This document shows positions 1 through 9,733 of a DNA stretch of 64,000 bases, piece by piece; position 1 is the stretch's first letter, and each line of letters opens with the position of its first letter. The notes under the pieces are model-generated. The model was given only the letters and a program-made list of their open reading frames with translations, had not been told where the DNA came from and searched no databases. Source of the stretch: Chloroflexota bacterium (lineage in GTDB: Bacteria > Chloroflexota > Dehalococcoidia > Lucifugimonadales > JADFKI01); the NCBI GenBank assembly GCA_027623195.1, contig JAQBUT010000002.1:32001-96000 (forward strand). Reading direction: 5' to 3'. A program made the translations under genes and the position numbers.

Positions 1-125
1 CACAAGCCCAGTTTGCAGGATTGGGAAAAGATATTGAGAACGTCGTGCTCGTGATAACGCCGCTCACGAGAGGCACCTTCATGCCCAGCGGCTATTCACT
101 GTCCATTACAGCGGACGGCGGCTAG
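1..125 (+). CDS. 3' end of an unidentified protein (partial)
   Basis: Frame 3 is open from the window edge to TAG at 123-125 (...GKDIENVVLVITPLTRGTFMPSGYSLSITADGG*) and converges on the next gene. Confidence 0.5.
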   Translation, partial: QAQFAGLGKDIENVVLVITPLTRGTFMPSGYSLSITADGG

Positions 126-133
126 GCAGGGCC

Positions 134-490
134 TTACTTGCGGCGGCCCATCATGGTCTGAAAGGTTCTCTGGAGCCTGGGAAGCCTCGGGTCGTACTCC
201 CCCAGCGGGTATTGCTCGGGATGGGACTCCACCCACTGAAGGGAGACCTCTCTAGTCAGTTCATCGGACATGATGCGGTCCATCGACTGCTCCTGGGCAA
301 ATCGGAGCATTTCTCGGCGCCTAAGCGATACTTTGCGCAGATACAGAGGAATCCTAACGGGCAGTGCCAGCAACTTCCCCACGAGCCTGAAAAGCGAAAC
401 CTGGTCGTCGAAAGCCTCGTGGACAGCTCTGGCCTCGTGCTTTCCCAACTCCGCCCGCCAGTCCCAACCTTCGGGTCTTTTCTGATTCAT
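134..490 (-). CDS. hypothetical protein (~118 aa)
   Basis: ATG at 490 is preceded by GGAGAAGG; the ORF track extends the start to 568. Confidence 0.65.
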   Translation of the reverse strand: MNQKRPEGWDWRAELGKHEARAVHEAFDDQVSLFRLVGKLLALPVRIPLYLRKVSLRRREMLRFAQEQSMDRIMSDELTREVSLQWVESHPEQYPLGEYDPRLPRLQRTFQTMMGRRK

Positions 491-838
491 GGCCTTCTCC
501 TGCTGGAAACCCTCATTAACTAGCCGCTGATCGTGTATTGCAAAGAGTATTCTGGGAGTTACGCGCACTTATTGCCGAAGTTTATGCCTAGTATCTGGGA
601 CTGTCAATTCTCAGGTAGTTCCCTGCGCAGAAGAGCCAAATCTGCACAACATGATGTCGTGTAGCCTTTCTCTTCCTGTGCCGCTATAATAACGTTGTTC
701 CATTATTAGAATTTGTGGTGCCTGGCACCAGGATGGTTTAACTTCTTAGCATTCGACAAAAAAAGCCTTCCAGCGCCATGAATAGCCGCTATTGGAGGCA
801 ACGTTGAAGGCAAATGGTTCGGCTCAAGGAGGGGCATC

Positions 839-1660
839 GTGACATCCCAAGAATTTTCGTTCTCAAAGTTTTCCAGGAATGATTTCTACGAGAAGCTGAA
901 CTCACGCCTAGTCGAAATGGCGGAGCTAAACTCTGGTCAACGTATTGTTGATCTGGCTTGTGGCACCGGTGGAGTCACGAAAATAATATTGGAACATCTT
1001 AGGGACGCCCGTGATTCCGTAGTCATCGCGGTGGATCACTCCGCGTCTGCACTAAAGCAGGCGATGGAGGAGTTGAACGGCCGTAAAGTTTCTGCGCTTC
1101 AGTTCGTCCAAAGTCAGGTAGAGCAGCTTTCCGAGTCACTCAAGGAAACGGTGGATACCATCGTCTTCTGCAACGCTATTCACTACATCCCCGACAAGGA
1201 CGCTCTTATTGAGGACATTTCCAAGTCCCTCAAGCCTGGAGGAAAGTTCGCCTTCAACACCTCGTTCTACGAAGGCAGCCATCCCCCGGAAACTCTTGAC
1301 TACTATCGCAAGTGGATGTTCAAAGCCATGCGCATTCTGCGTCGAGAATACGGTCTTTCTCCCTCTAGAGAAAATAAGGTTGAGTCTCGGAAGCACCTTA
1401 CACCGGAACAGTACAAGAGCATCCTGGAAAATCATGGGCTTCAGATTGTTAAGCAGGAAATCGAAACAGTCGATGTTCCCATAGATGGTTATTTGGACAT
1501 TTCCGCCTTCCAGGACTTCGTCGAAGGCGTTATGCCCGGTGTACCGTTGGACAAGGCCAGCGCTGCGTTGCAAGAAGGGGTCCGGCAGACATTTGCCGAA
1601 ATGAATCTGACCTACGTGTCCCGCAGTTGGCTAGAGGTTGTGGCGGTGCGGGCTGCCTAG
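839..1660 (+). CDS. class I SAM-dependent methyltransferase
   Basis: Motif I VDLACGTGG, AVDHS, LKPGG; AAGGAGG RBS before GTG. Confidence 0.9.
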   Translation: MTSQEFSFSKFSRNDFYEKLNSRLVEMAELNSGQRIVDLACGTGGVTKIILEHLRDARDSVVIAVDHSASALKQAMEELNGRKVSALQFVQSQVEQLSESLKETVDTIVFCNAIHYIPDKDALIEDISKSLKPGGKFAFNTSFYEGSHPPETLDYYRKWMFKAMRILRREYGLSPSRENKVESRKHLTPEQYKSILENHGLQIVKQEIETVDVPIDGYLDISAFQDFVEGVMPGVPLDKASAALQEGVRQTFAEMNLTYVSRSWLEVVAVRAA

Positions 1661-1681
1661 TCGGTAAGCCCGAGGGACTAG

Positions 1682-2641
1682 GTCACGCCCCTTTTTCTGA
1701 CAGACCAAGACGTTAGCAGCCTCCTGACTATGGAGGATGCCTTGGTTGCCGTCGAAGAATCGCTGCTACAGCAGGCTCAAGGAAACGCAGTCAACCTGCC
1801 TCGCGCTCATAGCATTGCAGCCCCTCACGTTTACCTGGCTCACATGCAGGGCGCCCTTCATGAACAGGGCGTCGTAGGCTTCAAGGCCTATACCGGCTCT
1901 TCCCAAGGCTACAAGTTTCTAGTCTACATCACCGATATGAATTCTGGAGAACTCCTCGCGATCATCGAAGCCAATCGCATGGGCCAACTCAGGACTGGCG
2001 CCGCCACCGGAATAAGCGTTAAGCATATGGCCAGAAGTGATCGCCAGGTTGTTGGCATACTGGGCAGTGGATATCAGGCAGGAACTCAGCTTGAAGCGGT
2101 GTGCCGAGTTTGCGACGTAGAGTCTGCCGTGGTCTACAGCCCCAGTCCCCAACGCCGAGCCTCCTATGCCGAAAACATGTCTCGAGAGCTTGAATTGCCA
2201 GTCACGGCTGTGGATTCAGCCAGGGACGTTGTAGAAGCAGCCGATATTCTGATCACCATTACCTCCTCCCGCACGCCCGTGTTCGAGGGCCAGTGGCTTA
2301 GGCCTGGTATGCACGTGGCGGCGGTGGGCGGCGCCAACGAGTATGTCACCGAGCTGGATGATGACGCCGTCTCGCGGCCCGACGTCCTGGTAGTTGATAG
2401 CATTGCACAGGCCAAGAAGGAATGTGGCGAGCTCCTCATGCCCGCCTCTCGTGGCCTGATTCTTTGGGAGCAGGTCCGCGAGCTTTGGGAGGTTGTTGAC
2501 GGTTCAGTTGCGGGCAGGCGAAGCGATGACGAGGTGACGTTGTTCAAGGCGTTGGGCATGGCCATATGGGATGTTGCCGTCGCCAAGGCGGTGTATGATA
2601 AGGCGGTGGCCCAGGGTGTAGGCATTCGCATCGGGGACTAA
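1682..2641 (+). CDS. ornithine cyclodeaminase / mu-crystallin family protein
   Basis: RTGAA, GSGYQA, PGMHVAAVG, TLFKALG motifs; family-like N-terminus (PLFLTDQDV) begins upstream of ATG 1730, so the start is uncertain. Confidence 0.85.
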   Translation, partial: VTPLFLTDQDVSSLLTMEDALVAVEESLLQQAQGNAVNLPRAHSIAAPHVYLAHMQGALHEQGVVGFKAYTGSSQGYKFLVYITDMNSGELLAIIEANRMGQLRTGAATGISVKHMARSDRQVVGILGSGYQAGTQLEAVCRVCDVESAVVYSPSPQRRASYAENMSRELELPVTAVDSARDVVEAADILITITSSRTPVFEGQWLRPGMHVAAVGGANEYVTELDDDAVSRPDVLVVDSIAQAKKECGELLMPASRGLILWEQVRELWEVVDGSVAGRRSDDEVTLFKALGMAIWDVAVAKAVYDKAVAQGVGIRIGD

Positions 2642-2724
2642 TGCCAATCGGCCTACCCCGCCATGTTTTCTAAGATCGATACAATAACCTCTACTAAAGA
2701 CGAAAATTGCCAGGTATCCAAGAA

Positions 2725-4089
2725 ATGTCGATTCGCGCTTTAACGCCATTGGACGGACGATACGCCTCTCAAGTAGTAGAGTTGGCCGACTACCTGTCGG
2801 AGTGGGCGCTCATCAAGTATCGGGTGCTGGTGGAGGTGGAGTGGCTCATTGAGATGGCCGCGAGCCAACACATATCCAACCTGAGAGAACTGACGACCGC
2901 CGAGATCAAAGTCCTGCGCCAGTTATCTGAAAATTTCGATGACAAGGCCGCGCTGAGAGCCAAAGAAATTGAGGGTACGACTCGCCACGATGTAAAGGCC
3001 GTCGAATACCTGATAAGGGAGCAGCTTGAAGGCACATCCCTGGAGGACGTTTCGGAGTGGATACATTTCTGCTGTACGTCCGAGGACATTAACAACCTCT
3101 CCTACGCCCTGATGCTAAAAGATGCGCTGGAGCAGGTCTGGCTACCGGCAGCCCAAGAGTTAGTAAGTGTCGTAGCATCAATTGCTCAGGAAACCAGAGA
3201 GATACCACTATTGGCCCGAACGCATGGGCAGCCCGCCTCGCCCACAACGCTGGGCAAGGAGTTGGCGGTCTTCGTGCACCGCTGGCAGCGTCAGCTAAAG
3301 CAGATCGGAAGCGCTGAGTATTTAGGAAAATTCAACGGCGCGGTTGGAAGCTATAACGCCCACGCCATCGCCTACCCGGAGGCCCCATGGGAGGACATCT
3401 CCAGCCAGTTCGTGGAGAGGCTTGGCCTGACGCACAACCCGCTCACCACGCAGATCGAGACCCACGACTTCCTGGCGGAGATATTCCACGCCATGACGCG
3501 CTTCAACACCGTCACCGTGGACTTCGACAAGGATATCTGGACCTACATCTCCCTGGGCGTGTTCAAGCAGACGGTTGTGGAAGGCGAGGTTGGTTCGTCC
3601 ACCATGCCCCACAAGGTTAACCCCATCAACTTCGAGAACTCTGAGGCCAACATGGGCATCAGCAATGCCCTGCTGGAGCATCTGGCGTCCAAGCTGCTGG
3701 TATCCCGTCTTCAGCGCGACCTTACCGACTCTTCGGCGCTGCGCAATCTGGGACCGGCTATTGGCCACAGCCTGGTTGGCCTGAAATCTGCCATGCGCGG
3801 GCTGCGGCAGATCGCAGTGGATGAGGCTCTGGTGCGGGCGGAGTTGGCTGGCTCTTGGGAGGTTCTGGCGGAGGCTGTGCAGACCGTCATGCGCAAGCAC
3901 GGCATAGGCGACGCATACGAGCAGCTCAAGAATTTTTCGAGAGGCGCAGCCATCGATCGAGAGGGCATGCAGGGCTTCATCAAGAGCCTGGACCTGCCCG
4001 AAGATGATAAGAAGCGCCTTCTGGTCCTCACCCCTGAGACCTACACCGGCATCGCCAGCGACCTGGTCCGGCATATTTCGGAAGGCTAG
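2725..4089 (+). CDS. purB: adenylosuccinate lyase
   Basis: LTPLDGRY, HDVKAVEY, TSEDINN, RTHGQPA, GSSTMPHKVNPINFENSE, SRLQRDLTDS. Confidence 0.97.
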   Translation: MSIRALTPLDGRYASQVVELADYLSEWALIKYRVLVEVEWLIEMAASQHISNLRELTTAEIKVLRQLSENFDDKAALRAKEIEGTTRHDVKAVEYLIREQLEGTSLEDVSEWIHFCCTSEDINNLSYALMLKDALEQVWLPAAQELVSVVASIAQETREIPLLARTHGQPASPTTLGKELAVFVHRWQRQLKQIGSAEYLGKFNGAVGSYNAHAIAYPEAPWEDISSQFVERLGLTHNPLTTQIETHDFLAEIFHAMTRFNTVTVDFDKDIWTYISLGVFKQTVVEGEVGSSTMPHKVNPINFENSEANMGISNALLEHLASKLLVSRLQRDLTDSSALRNLGPAIGHSLVGLKSAMRGLRQIAVDEALVRAELAGSWEVLAEAVQTVMRKHGIGDAYEQLKNFSRGAAIDREGMQGFIKSLDLPEDDKKRLLVLTPETYTGIASDLVRHISEG

Positions 4090-4126
4090 TGGATCGGACC
4101 GGTCTAGAAAACTCTACTTAAAGAAA

Positions 4127-4693
4127 TCAGGCAGTTTTGGCCTCTTCCCACACCGTGCTGCGCTTCATGGGGTCTTCGATGCCCCGCTGAAGCCCTCGGA
4201 CGTAGGCCATCTGTCCCCCGTGCTGGTTCATCTCCCCAATGATCTGCTGGTAAACGCTGGCCAGCGTAAAGCGGCCGCCGGCGGGACTATCCACCCAGGT
4301 GTCTTGGAGCTCCTGGTCGCTGAGGGTTTCAAGAAAACCCACGGCGTTGGCGCGAACTGCCTCTGCGTACTCCAGTAACGGGGTTAACGGCGGGACCTGA
4401 AATGCTGCCACTTGCTCCACGGAAAAGCCGAACCCCCTGTCCTGTGGGTTCGCCGGGGCACGGCCAAATTTCTCTGCCCAGCCGTTGGTGCTCCAGATCT
4501 CATCCGTTTGCTTCATGATCGTCTGCACCAGGAAGTCGTGTACTCGTGCGCAGTGCCAGGCTATGAAGCCAATGGACATGCTGTCAGGGCCGGGCCGATA
4601 TGCCAACTCCTCTGCGCTAAGGCCATTCAGTGTGTCTAGGTGGGAGCTGTGGTACTGGTGCATGGATTTTTCGATAAATTCTTTCAGCGCCAT
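4127..4693 (-). CDS. DinB family protein (thiol S-transferase-like fold)
   Basis: SIGFIAWH ... EMNQHGGQMAYVRG metal-site pattern; AGGAG RBS. Confidence 0.85.
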   Translation of the reverse strand: MALKEFIEKSMHQYHSSHLDTLNGLSAEELAYRPGPDSMSIGFIAWHCARVHDFLVQTIMKQTDEIWSTNGWAEKFGRAPANPQDRGFGFSVEQVAAFQVPPLTPLLEYAEAVRANAVGFLETLSDQELQDTWVDSPAGGRFTLASVYQQIIGEMNQHGGQMAYVRGLQRGIEDPMKRSTVWEEAKTA

Positions 4694-4860
4694 TTCATGT
4701 CTCCTGAGGGTGCCTGTTTGTCGGTCTGGACATTTTAGCCGGATGTCCAGAAAATTGGCATAGGTTACTTATTCCCACAGCCTGGACTGGAATCGACAGC
4801 CCTGAGGTGACATCCTATAATTCCAGCCTATTCAAGCAAATCGCAGGACGGAGACTCTAC

Positions 4861-5940
4861 ATGCATTACCAGCTCGAGCGCACTCACGGGTGCCGCATTT
4901 CCGACGCCTGGACCTATCGAGGCCTGAAGACAGCCGTCATCGAGAACGAGCTTTTGCGTATCGTGGTGCTGATAGACAAGGGCGCGGACATCTACTCCTT
5001 CGTCCATAAGCCCTCTGATACGGATTTCCTTTATCGTTCCGACTGGGGAGTGCGGGACCCGCGCAAGTTCGTCGCTCCGTCCGGCGATGGCGTGGGTGCC
5101 TGGATGGACACATACGAGGGAGGCTGGCAAACGGTTCTGCCCGGCGGAGGCTTTCCATCGCGGTACGGCGGCGCGGACATGGGCCTGCACGCCGAGGTCA
5201 ACAACGTTCCTTGGGACGCGGTCATCATCGAAGATACTTCGGAAAGGGTAAGCCTTCGGTGCTCTGTCCGGACCTTCAGGACGCCTTTCTTCTTCCAAAA
5301 GACGCTGACCCTCACGGCTGGCTCTCCGGTTCTGGAATTGGAGCAGGCGCTGGTAAATGAGGGCGAGGAGCCTGTTCACTGCGTCTGGGGCGAGCACATT
5401 GCCATCGGCACGCCCTTCCTGAGCGAGGACTGCGTAATCGATCTGCCTGGCGGCCACGTCATCAACGACCCCAACGACTTTCACCCCAACAACCGCATCA
5501 AGGCCGGTTGGGAAGGCCCCTGGCCCATGACGGAACTCAAGGACGGGACGCCCCACGACCTCAGCAAGGTCCCGCCAAAAAGCTTTCGGTCATACGACCA
5601 GTCGTACGTAACGGACATGCCGGAGGGCTGGTACGCCATCACTAACCAGCGACTGGGCCTTGGATTCGGAGTCGTCTACCCAACGGACGTTTACAAGTAC
5701 CTCTGGTATTGGCAGTCATTCGGCGGCGGTTATGGCTATCCCTGGTACGGTCGCAGCTACAACATTGGCCTGGAGCCCTTCACCAGCTACACCAACGAGG
5801 GACTTCAGAATGCTGTGAACAACGGCACCGCGCTCCTGGTCCAGCCCGGCCAGCGCGTGGAGACATCGCTAAAGGCTTTGGCGTATGAGGGCACAGGCGT
5901 GGAGCGCATTAACGCTGACGGGACGGTGGTGGTCAGGTAA
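4861..5940 (+). CDS. aldose-1-epimerase-like / DUF4432-type protein
   Basis: ENELLRIVVL..KGADI, YEGGW, LHAEV, WGEH, LWYW, IGLEPFTS galactose-mutarotase-like pattern. Confidence 0.75.
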   Translation: MHYQLERTHGCRISDAWTYRGLKTAVIENELLRIVVLIDKGADIYSFVHKPSDTDFLYRSDWGVRDPRKFVAPSGDGVGAWMDTYEGGWQTVLPGGGFPSRYGGADMGLHAEVNNVPWDAVIIEDTSERVSLRCSVRTFRTPFFFQKTLTLTAGSPVLELEQALVNEGEEPVHCVWGEHIAIGTPFLSEDCVIDLPGGHVINDPNDFHPNNRIKAGWEGPWPMTELKDGTPHDLSKVPPKSFRSYDQSYVTDMPEGWYAITNQRLGLGFGVVYPTDVYKYLWYWQSFGGGYGYPWYGRSYNIGLEPFTSYTNEGLQNAVNNGTALLVQPGQRVETSLKALAYEGTGVERINADGTVVVR

Positions 5941-5944
5941 ATTC

Positions 5945-6484
5945 CTAGCCTTTAATCCCGAACAGCACTTCCTTGGTCCAGCCCCACGGGTGTAACTCGG
6001 CGAAGTGCAGAATATACTCCTGCCCCATTTTGGGGACGTACAGCAGCGCCAGCGCCAGTGCGATATGCCAGGGCTTCGTCGGTAGGTAGCGCGGTGCATG
6101 CCTGTCCGCAATGATGTAGTACAGGAAGAAGTTTTCGAACAAGTTCGGGAAGAAGAAGAACAGCTTCCGAATGTGGGTCATTTCGAAGGCTATCAGCCCC
6201 ACCAGTCTGAACACGAACAGGAATATGCTGGTGTTGCGAGCCATTAAGTTGCTCCAGCTGAGAGACACATAAAGCTCAAAGGTCAGGTAATACATGTCCA
6301 TCCACTTGTCGAATAGCTGGTATTGGTCGCCGAATCCGACCGTCTCACCAAACGCCGTCGCCAGGATGTCCACGATAACCACGTCCACCAGCATGGAGGC
6401 AATGGCCCCCGTTATGCGCCAACGGAGGATTGTCAGTGGCACCAGGAGCCGGATAAGTATTACGATAACTGCGGCAATGGTCAT
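5945..6484 (-). CDS. integral membrane protein of unknown function
   Basis: Several hydrophobic helices; DKWMDMYYL and FPNLFE conserved-looking motifs. Confidence 0.75.
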   Translation of the reverse strand: MTIAAVIVILIRLLVPLTILRWRITGAIASMLVDVVIVDILATAFGETVGFGDQYQLFDKWMDMYYLTFELYVSLSWSNLMARNTSIFLFVFRLVGLIAFEMTHIRKLFFFFPNLFENFFLYYIIADRHAPRYLPTKPWHIALALALLYVPKMGQEYILHFAELHPWGWTKEVLFGIKG

Positions 6485-6609
6485 GGTTCACGGGCCTGGC
6501 TTATGGGCTTGTAATGACTTTCGAGCCTTTCCTGTCTATATAGCGTAAACCTGGATACCAGGAAACGCGAATCAGGCCTAAATGACAAGTTGCTTTACCA
6601 CAAAGCATC

Positions 6610-7059
6610 TTACGTCGTGGCAGACGCTGGCCGGGCCTTCAAATACGCCAGCTTTCTTGAGCGTATCGTCTCGCGGGCTGTCATAATGACTTCCCTAACG
6701 TCCACGGAATCTACAGCCGGGTCGAAGCGCGGGTGCAGTCGGGAGGCGAGGCCAACCCAGTAGCGGGAGCCGTCCTTGCTTCGTCCGAGAAACTCGCGGT
6801 CTATCAAGAAACGGCGAAGGTTGACGTAATCCAGGCGGCGTAGTGTGGGATGGATCTCCTTCAGCCAGCCTTTGAGCGCTTCGTTGACTTCGCTCTCGGT
6901 GTACTCGGCCTTCACGTCGAATATAAGCGACACGCCCTTGAGCAGGATGTTTTTGTCCGCCTGGCGTCTCGGCAGAGTTCTGAGGCCACTCTCCACGAAT
7001 AGCTGAGAGATTCGGCGGGTGAACTGTTCTCTCGTAATAAAGTTTTCCGACTCTGTCAC
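6610..7059 (-). CDS. DUF2087-domain protein
   Basis: YTESEVNEAL ... DYVNLRRFLID..FLGR..DGSRYW. Confidence 0.8.
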   Translation of the reverse strand: MTESENFITREQFTRRISQLFVESGLRTLPRRQADKNILLKGVSLIFDVKAEYTESEVNEALKGWLKEIHPTLRRLDYVNLRRFLIDREFLGRSKDGSRYWVGLASRLHPRFDPAVDSVDVREVIMTARETIRSRKLAYLKARPASATT

Positions 7060-7478
7060 TACTGAAGCCCCGTCCCGTACACATGGTCCGGCACGACCAC
7101 CACCACCGAACGCGCTTCGTCTTTCATTGCCCGGTCGTATATGGGCCAGTCTGGGTGTTCGCCTGCGATGGCGCGGTAAACCTCTCGCAGCGCCATTTTG
7201 AGCTTCTCCGGCTCTGTGTTGTCCTCAGACATTATCCTGGCGCTGCCCTCTAGGACCACGAATCCCCACCAACTGTCCTGCGACACCAAAAGAGAGCAAC
7301 GAGGGTCGCGCTTCAGGTTACGAAGCTTGGTCCGATCTTCAGTGGTGGTAAATGCCGCACCATCCTCGAAAGGGCCAACCACGATGACGCTAAGCTGGGC
7401 CATGCCGTTTTTGCGGAAGGTGCTTAATACCGCCTTGTGGTGTTCCCCGATGAACGCGCTTACCTGATCGCTGAGCAT
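7059..7478 (-). CDS. PPOX-class F420-dependent oxidoreductase
   Basis: AVLSTFRKNG, K.RNLKRDPRCSL, VVLEG, GEHPDW..Y..AM..E.R. Confidence 0.88.
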   Translation of the reverse strand: MLSDQVSAFIGEHHKAVLSTFRKNGMAQLSVIVVGPFEDGAAFTTTEDRTKLRNLKRDPRCSLLVSQDSWWGFVVLEGSARIMSEDNTEPEKLKMALREVYRAIAGEHPDWPIYDRAMKDEARSVVVVVPDHVYGTGLQ

Positions 7479-7543
7479 TACGCCCTCCTGTATTCTGATG
7501 CCTGGGAAAGACTTCGATGGGCCGTTGGCCTTAATGGCAATGC

Positions 7544-8008
7544 CTACAGGACGAAGTCGATCTCGTATAGGTGATAGTGGGAGTGGGACATGCCCAGGTC
7601 TGCGTACGTCTGTTGGGCGACGGTGTTGTCTCGCTCAACGTATAGCCGAATGCCGCAGATGTCGTCCCTGGAACTGGCAATGCCGTGAACGTGGTCGTGA
7701 AGGGCCCGGTAAACGCCTCGTCTGCGCCACTGGGAGTCCACGTAGACGCTCTGAATCCACCAGAAGGTGGCGTTACGCCAGTCGCTCCACTCGTATGTTA
7801 TCAGCAGGCTGCCGACCACCTGGCCATCGCTTTCGGCCACCAGGTAGAACCCTTTTTCTTTGTTCTGGAATACCTGTTGGATTCCGTTTCGTAAAAGGCC
7901 ATCATCCAGCGTCTTGCCTTCGGATTCCTGAGCCAGGCCCTGCTGAAATTCTGCTATTCGATTGATGTCAGAGGGGATGGCTTCCCGGATTCGAATTTCG
8001 TTGGTCAC
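7544..8008 (-). CDS. GNAT family N-acetyltransferase
   Basis: EWSDWRN..FWWIQSVYV...RRRGVY, LYVERDN..AQ.TY..LGM. Confidence 0.92.
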   Translation of the reverse strand: MTNEIRIREAIPSDINRIAEFQQGLAQESEGKTLDDGLLRNGIQQVFQNKEKGFYLVAESDGQVVGSLLITYEWSDWRNATFWWIQSVYVDSQWRRRGVYRALHDHVHGIASSRDDICGIRLYVERDNTVAQQTYADLGMSHSHYHLYEIDFVL

Positions 8009-8085
8009 ATCAAATTTCCCGACGTAATCAAATTTGCGTCATGGTATCATGACGCGGCCTCGTCGGGCGAAAAAGAGGCCCTGAT

Positions 8086-9180
8086 ATGCGGGTGGAGGTG
8101 AAGGAACTGGACATTCTGGTTGTGGGCGCGGGACCCGCCGGGTTGGCTGCGGCCACTGCCGCCGCTCAGTCGGGTGCCGGCGTCGTGCTGGTGGACGGTG
8201 CTTCGTGGGCCGGCGGTCGTCTTGCCCTCCAGACGCAGCTACTTCAGGGTCCCAAGTCCATATATGCGGGTCTCAGCGGCGTCAATTTCTGTCGCATGCT
8301 CGTTGACCAGGCCTCCGAAGCTGGGGTAGACATCAGGCTGGGCACTCCGGTACTTACCGTAGGTCGAAATTCGGACGGCAGCTTCGTAGCGTCCATGACG
8401 GGGGAAGGCCCCTCGCTACGAGCGGGCGCGGTGGTTTTATCCACGGGTTCTAACGAACCACAGTACCGGTTTCCCGGGTCTGATCTGCCGGGCGTAATGC
8501 TTTCCGGGGACGCCCAGGTGATGTTGAATATCCACGGGAAGCTGGCTGGCAAGCGCATCGCTATGGTGGGCTCCGATAACGCAGGCCTGCTTATCTCGGC
8601 CAACCTTATGGATGCAGGTGCGGAAGTCGTAGCGGTTGTAGACGAAGCCTCTGAAATCGTAGGTCGGCATATTAATTGGGAACACTTGCGAGCAAGTGGC
8701 GTACAGTTTTTGGCCTCCACGAAGGTTTTAATGGCTGCCGGAGCGGGTAGATTAGAACTAGTGACAATGCGTGATGCTGCGTCCGAGGTTCGCAAATTGG
8801 CTGTCGACGTTATGTGTCTGGCAGGGCCGAGGATTCCCGATGTGGGGCTGGCCTCCCTGGTCGGAACTGCCGTTAGTGAGCAGGAAGCTCTAGGTGGCCT
8901 GGTTCCGGTGCACAGCAGGCGTATGGGGACCAACGTCCCAGGGCTTTACGTTTGTGGCGACGCCTCCGGTGTGGAGAACGGTGCCGCAGCCTTGGAGAGC
9001 GGTCGCATCGCAGGCCTGAGCGCGGCTCAAGACCTTGGCTACCAGAACTCGCTGGCAAAGGCCATGTTGACCAGGTCCAAGGGAAGACTAGCATACCTAC
9101 GCAGGGGGAGAGGCGGAGGCCTCAAACGCAATGCCAAAAATGCGTTGGCTGCTGAACACCGCAGCCTGACGCGAAATTAA
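8086..9180 (+). CDS. FAD/NAD(P)-dependent oxidoreductase (sarcosine oxidase alpha / HcnB-like)
   Basis: VGAGPAGLAAA, STGS.E....FPG.DLPGVM, TNVPGLYVCGD. Confidence 0.85.
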   Translation: MRVEVKELDILVVGAGPAGLAAATAAAQSGAGVVLVDGASWAGGRLALQTQLLQGPKSIYAGLSGVNFCRMLVDQASEAGVDIRLGTPVLTVGRNSDGSFVASMTGEGPSLRAGAVVLSTGSNEPQYRFPGSDLPGVMLSGDAQVMLNIHGKLAGKRIAMVGSDNAGLLISANLMDAGAEVVAVVDEASEIVGRHINWEHLRASGVQFLASTKVLMAAGAGRLELVTMRDAASEVRKLAVDVMCLAGPRIPDVGLASLVGTAVSEQEALGGLVPVHSRRMGTNVPGLYVCGDASGVENGAAALESGRIAGLSAAQDLGYQNSLAKAMLTRSKGRLAYLRRGRGGGLKRNAKNALAAEHRSLTRN

Positions 9181-9193
9181 TGAAGAGGAATTA

Positions 9194-9520
9194 ATGGAAA
9201 GCTTTGAGATTCTCGACGTAATAACCATGCAGAAGAGCCTGGGTGAGCAGTACCTGGAGTTCTTCAAGGGAGATAATCTCAGCGTTGGTATTTACTCAAT
9301 TCCGATTGGTGATGTGGACCCGCAAGAGCCCCACACTGAGGACGAGATCTACTATGTGGTTAGCGGGCATGGAAAGCTGAGGGTCGGTGATGTCGTTCGT
9401 AGCGTTAAACCCGGCTCAATCGTATTCGTGGGAACGGGTGTCGAGCATCAGTTTCACGACATAACGGAAAACCTCATGGTGATGGTTATATTCGCCCCGC
9501 CGCGAGGCTCCCGGGCGTAG
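9194..9520 (+). CDS. cupin domain protein
   Basis: DPQEPHTEDEIYYV ... VEHQFHDI. Confidence 0.9.
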   Translation: MESFEILDVITMQKSLGEQYLEFFKGDNLSVGIYSIPIGDVDPQEPHTEDEIYYVVSGHGKLRVGDVVRSVKPGSIVFVGTGVEHQFHDITENLMVMVIFAPPRGSRA

Positions 9521-9569
9521 GCAATACGGCTTTACTTCCACCTCCAACCCATAAGGTTATGAAGAAAAT

Positions 9570-9608
9570 AGCAGGCCCAGGATTTTATTATGCTGGGCCT
9601 GCTTTATT
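9570..9608 (+). terminator. intrinsic terminator-like hairpin
   Basis: AGCAGGCCCAG / CTGGGCCTGCT perfect stem followed by a T-rich tract. Confidence 0.7.
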
Positions 9609-9733
9609 ACGGACACCCCGCTAACGAATAGCCGCTGCGCCTGCTCTCTTTTTGAAATTTCCTTCTTCTTCGGAGAATACGTATAATACGTCACGTATTC
9701 GATGTCCCTGTTGTCTTAGAGGAGCCTGCGTAT

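Noticed and set aside
715..812. Possible SAM riboswitch upstream of the methyltransferase (GCCTTC...GAAGGC hairpin)
   Set aside because: It folds, but I cannot match SAM-I/II/V consensus elements; it may be an ordinary leader or a minus-strand terminator
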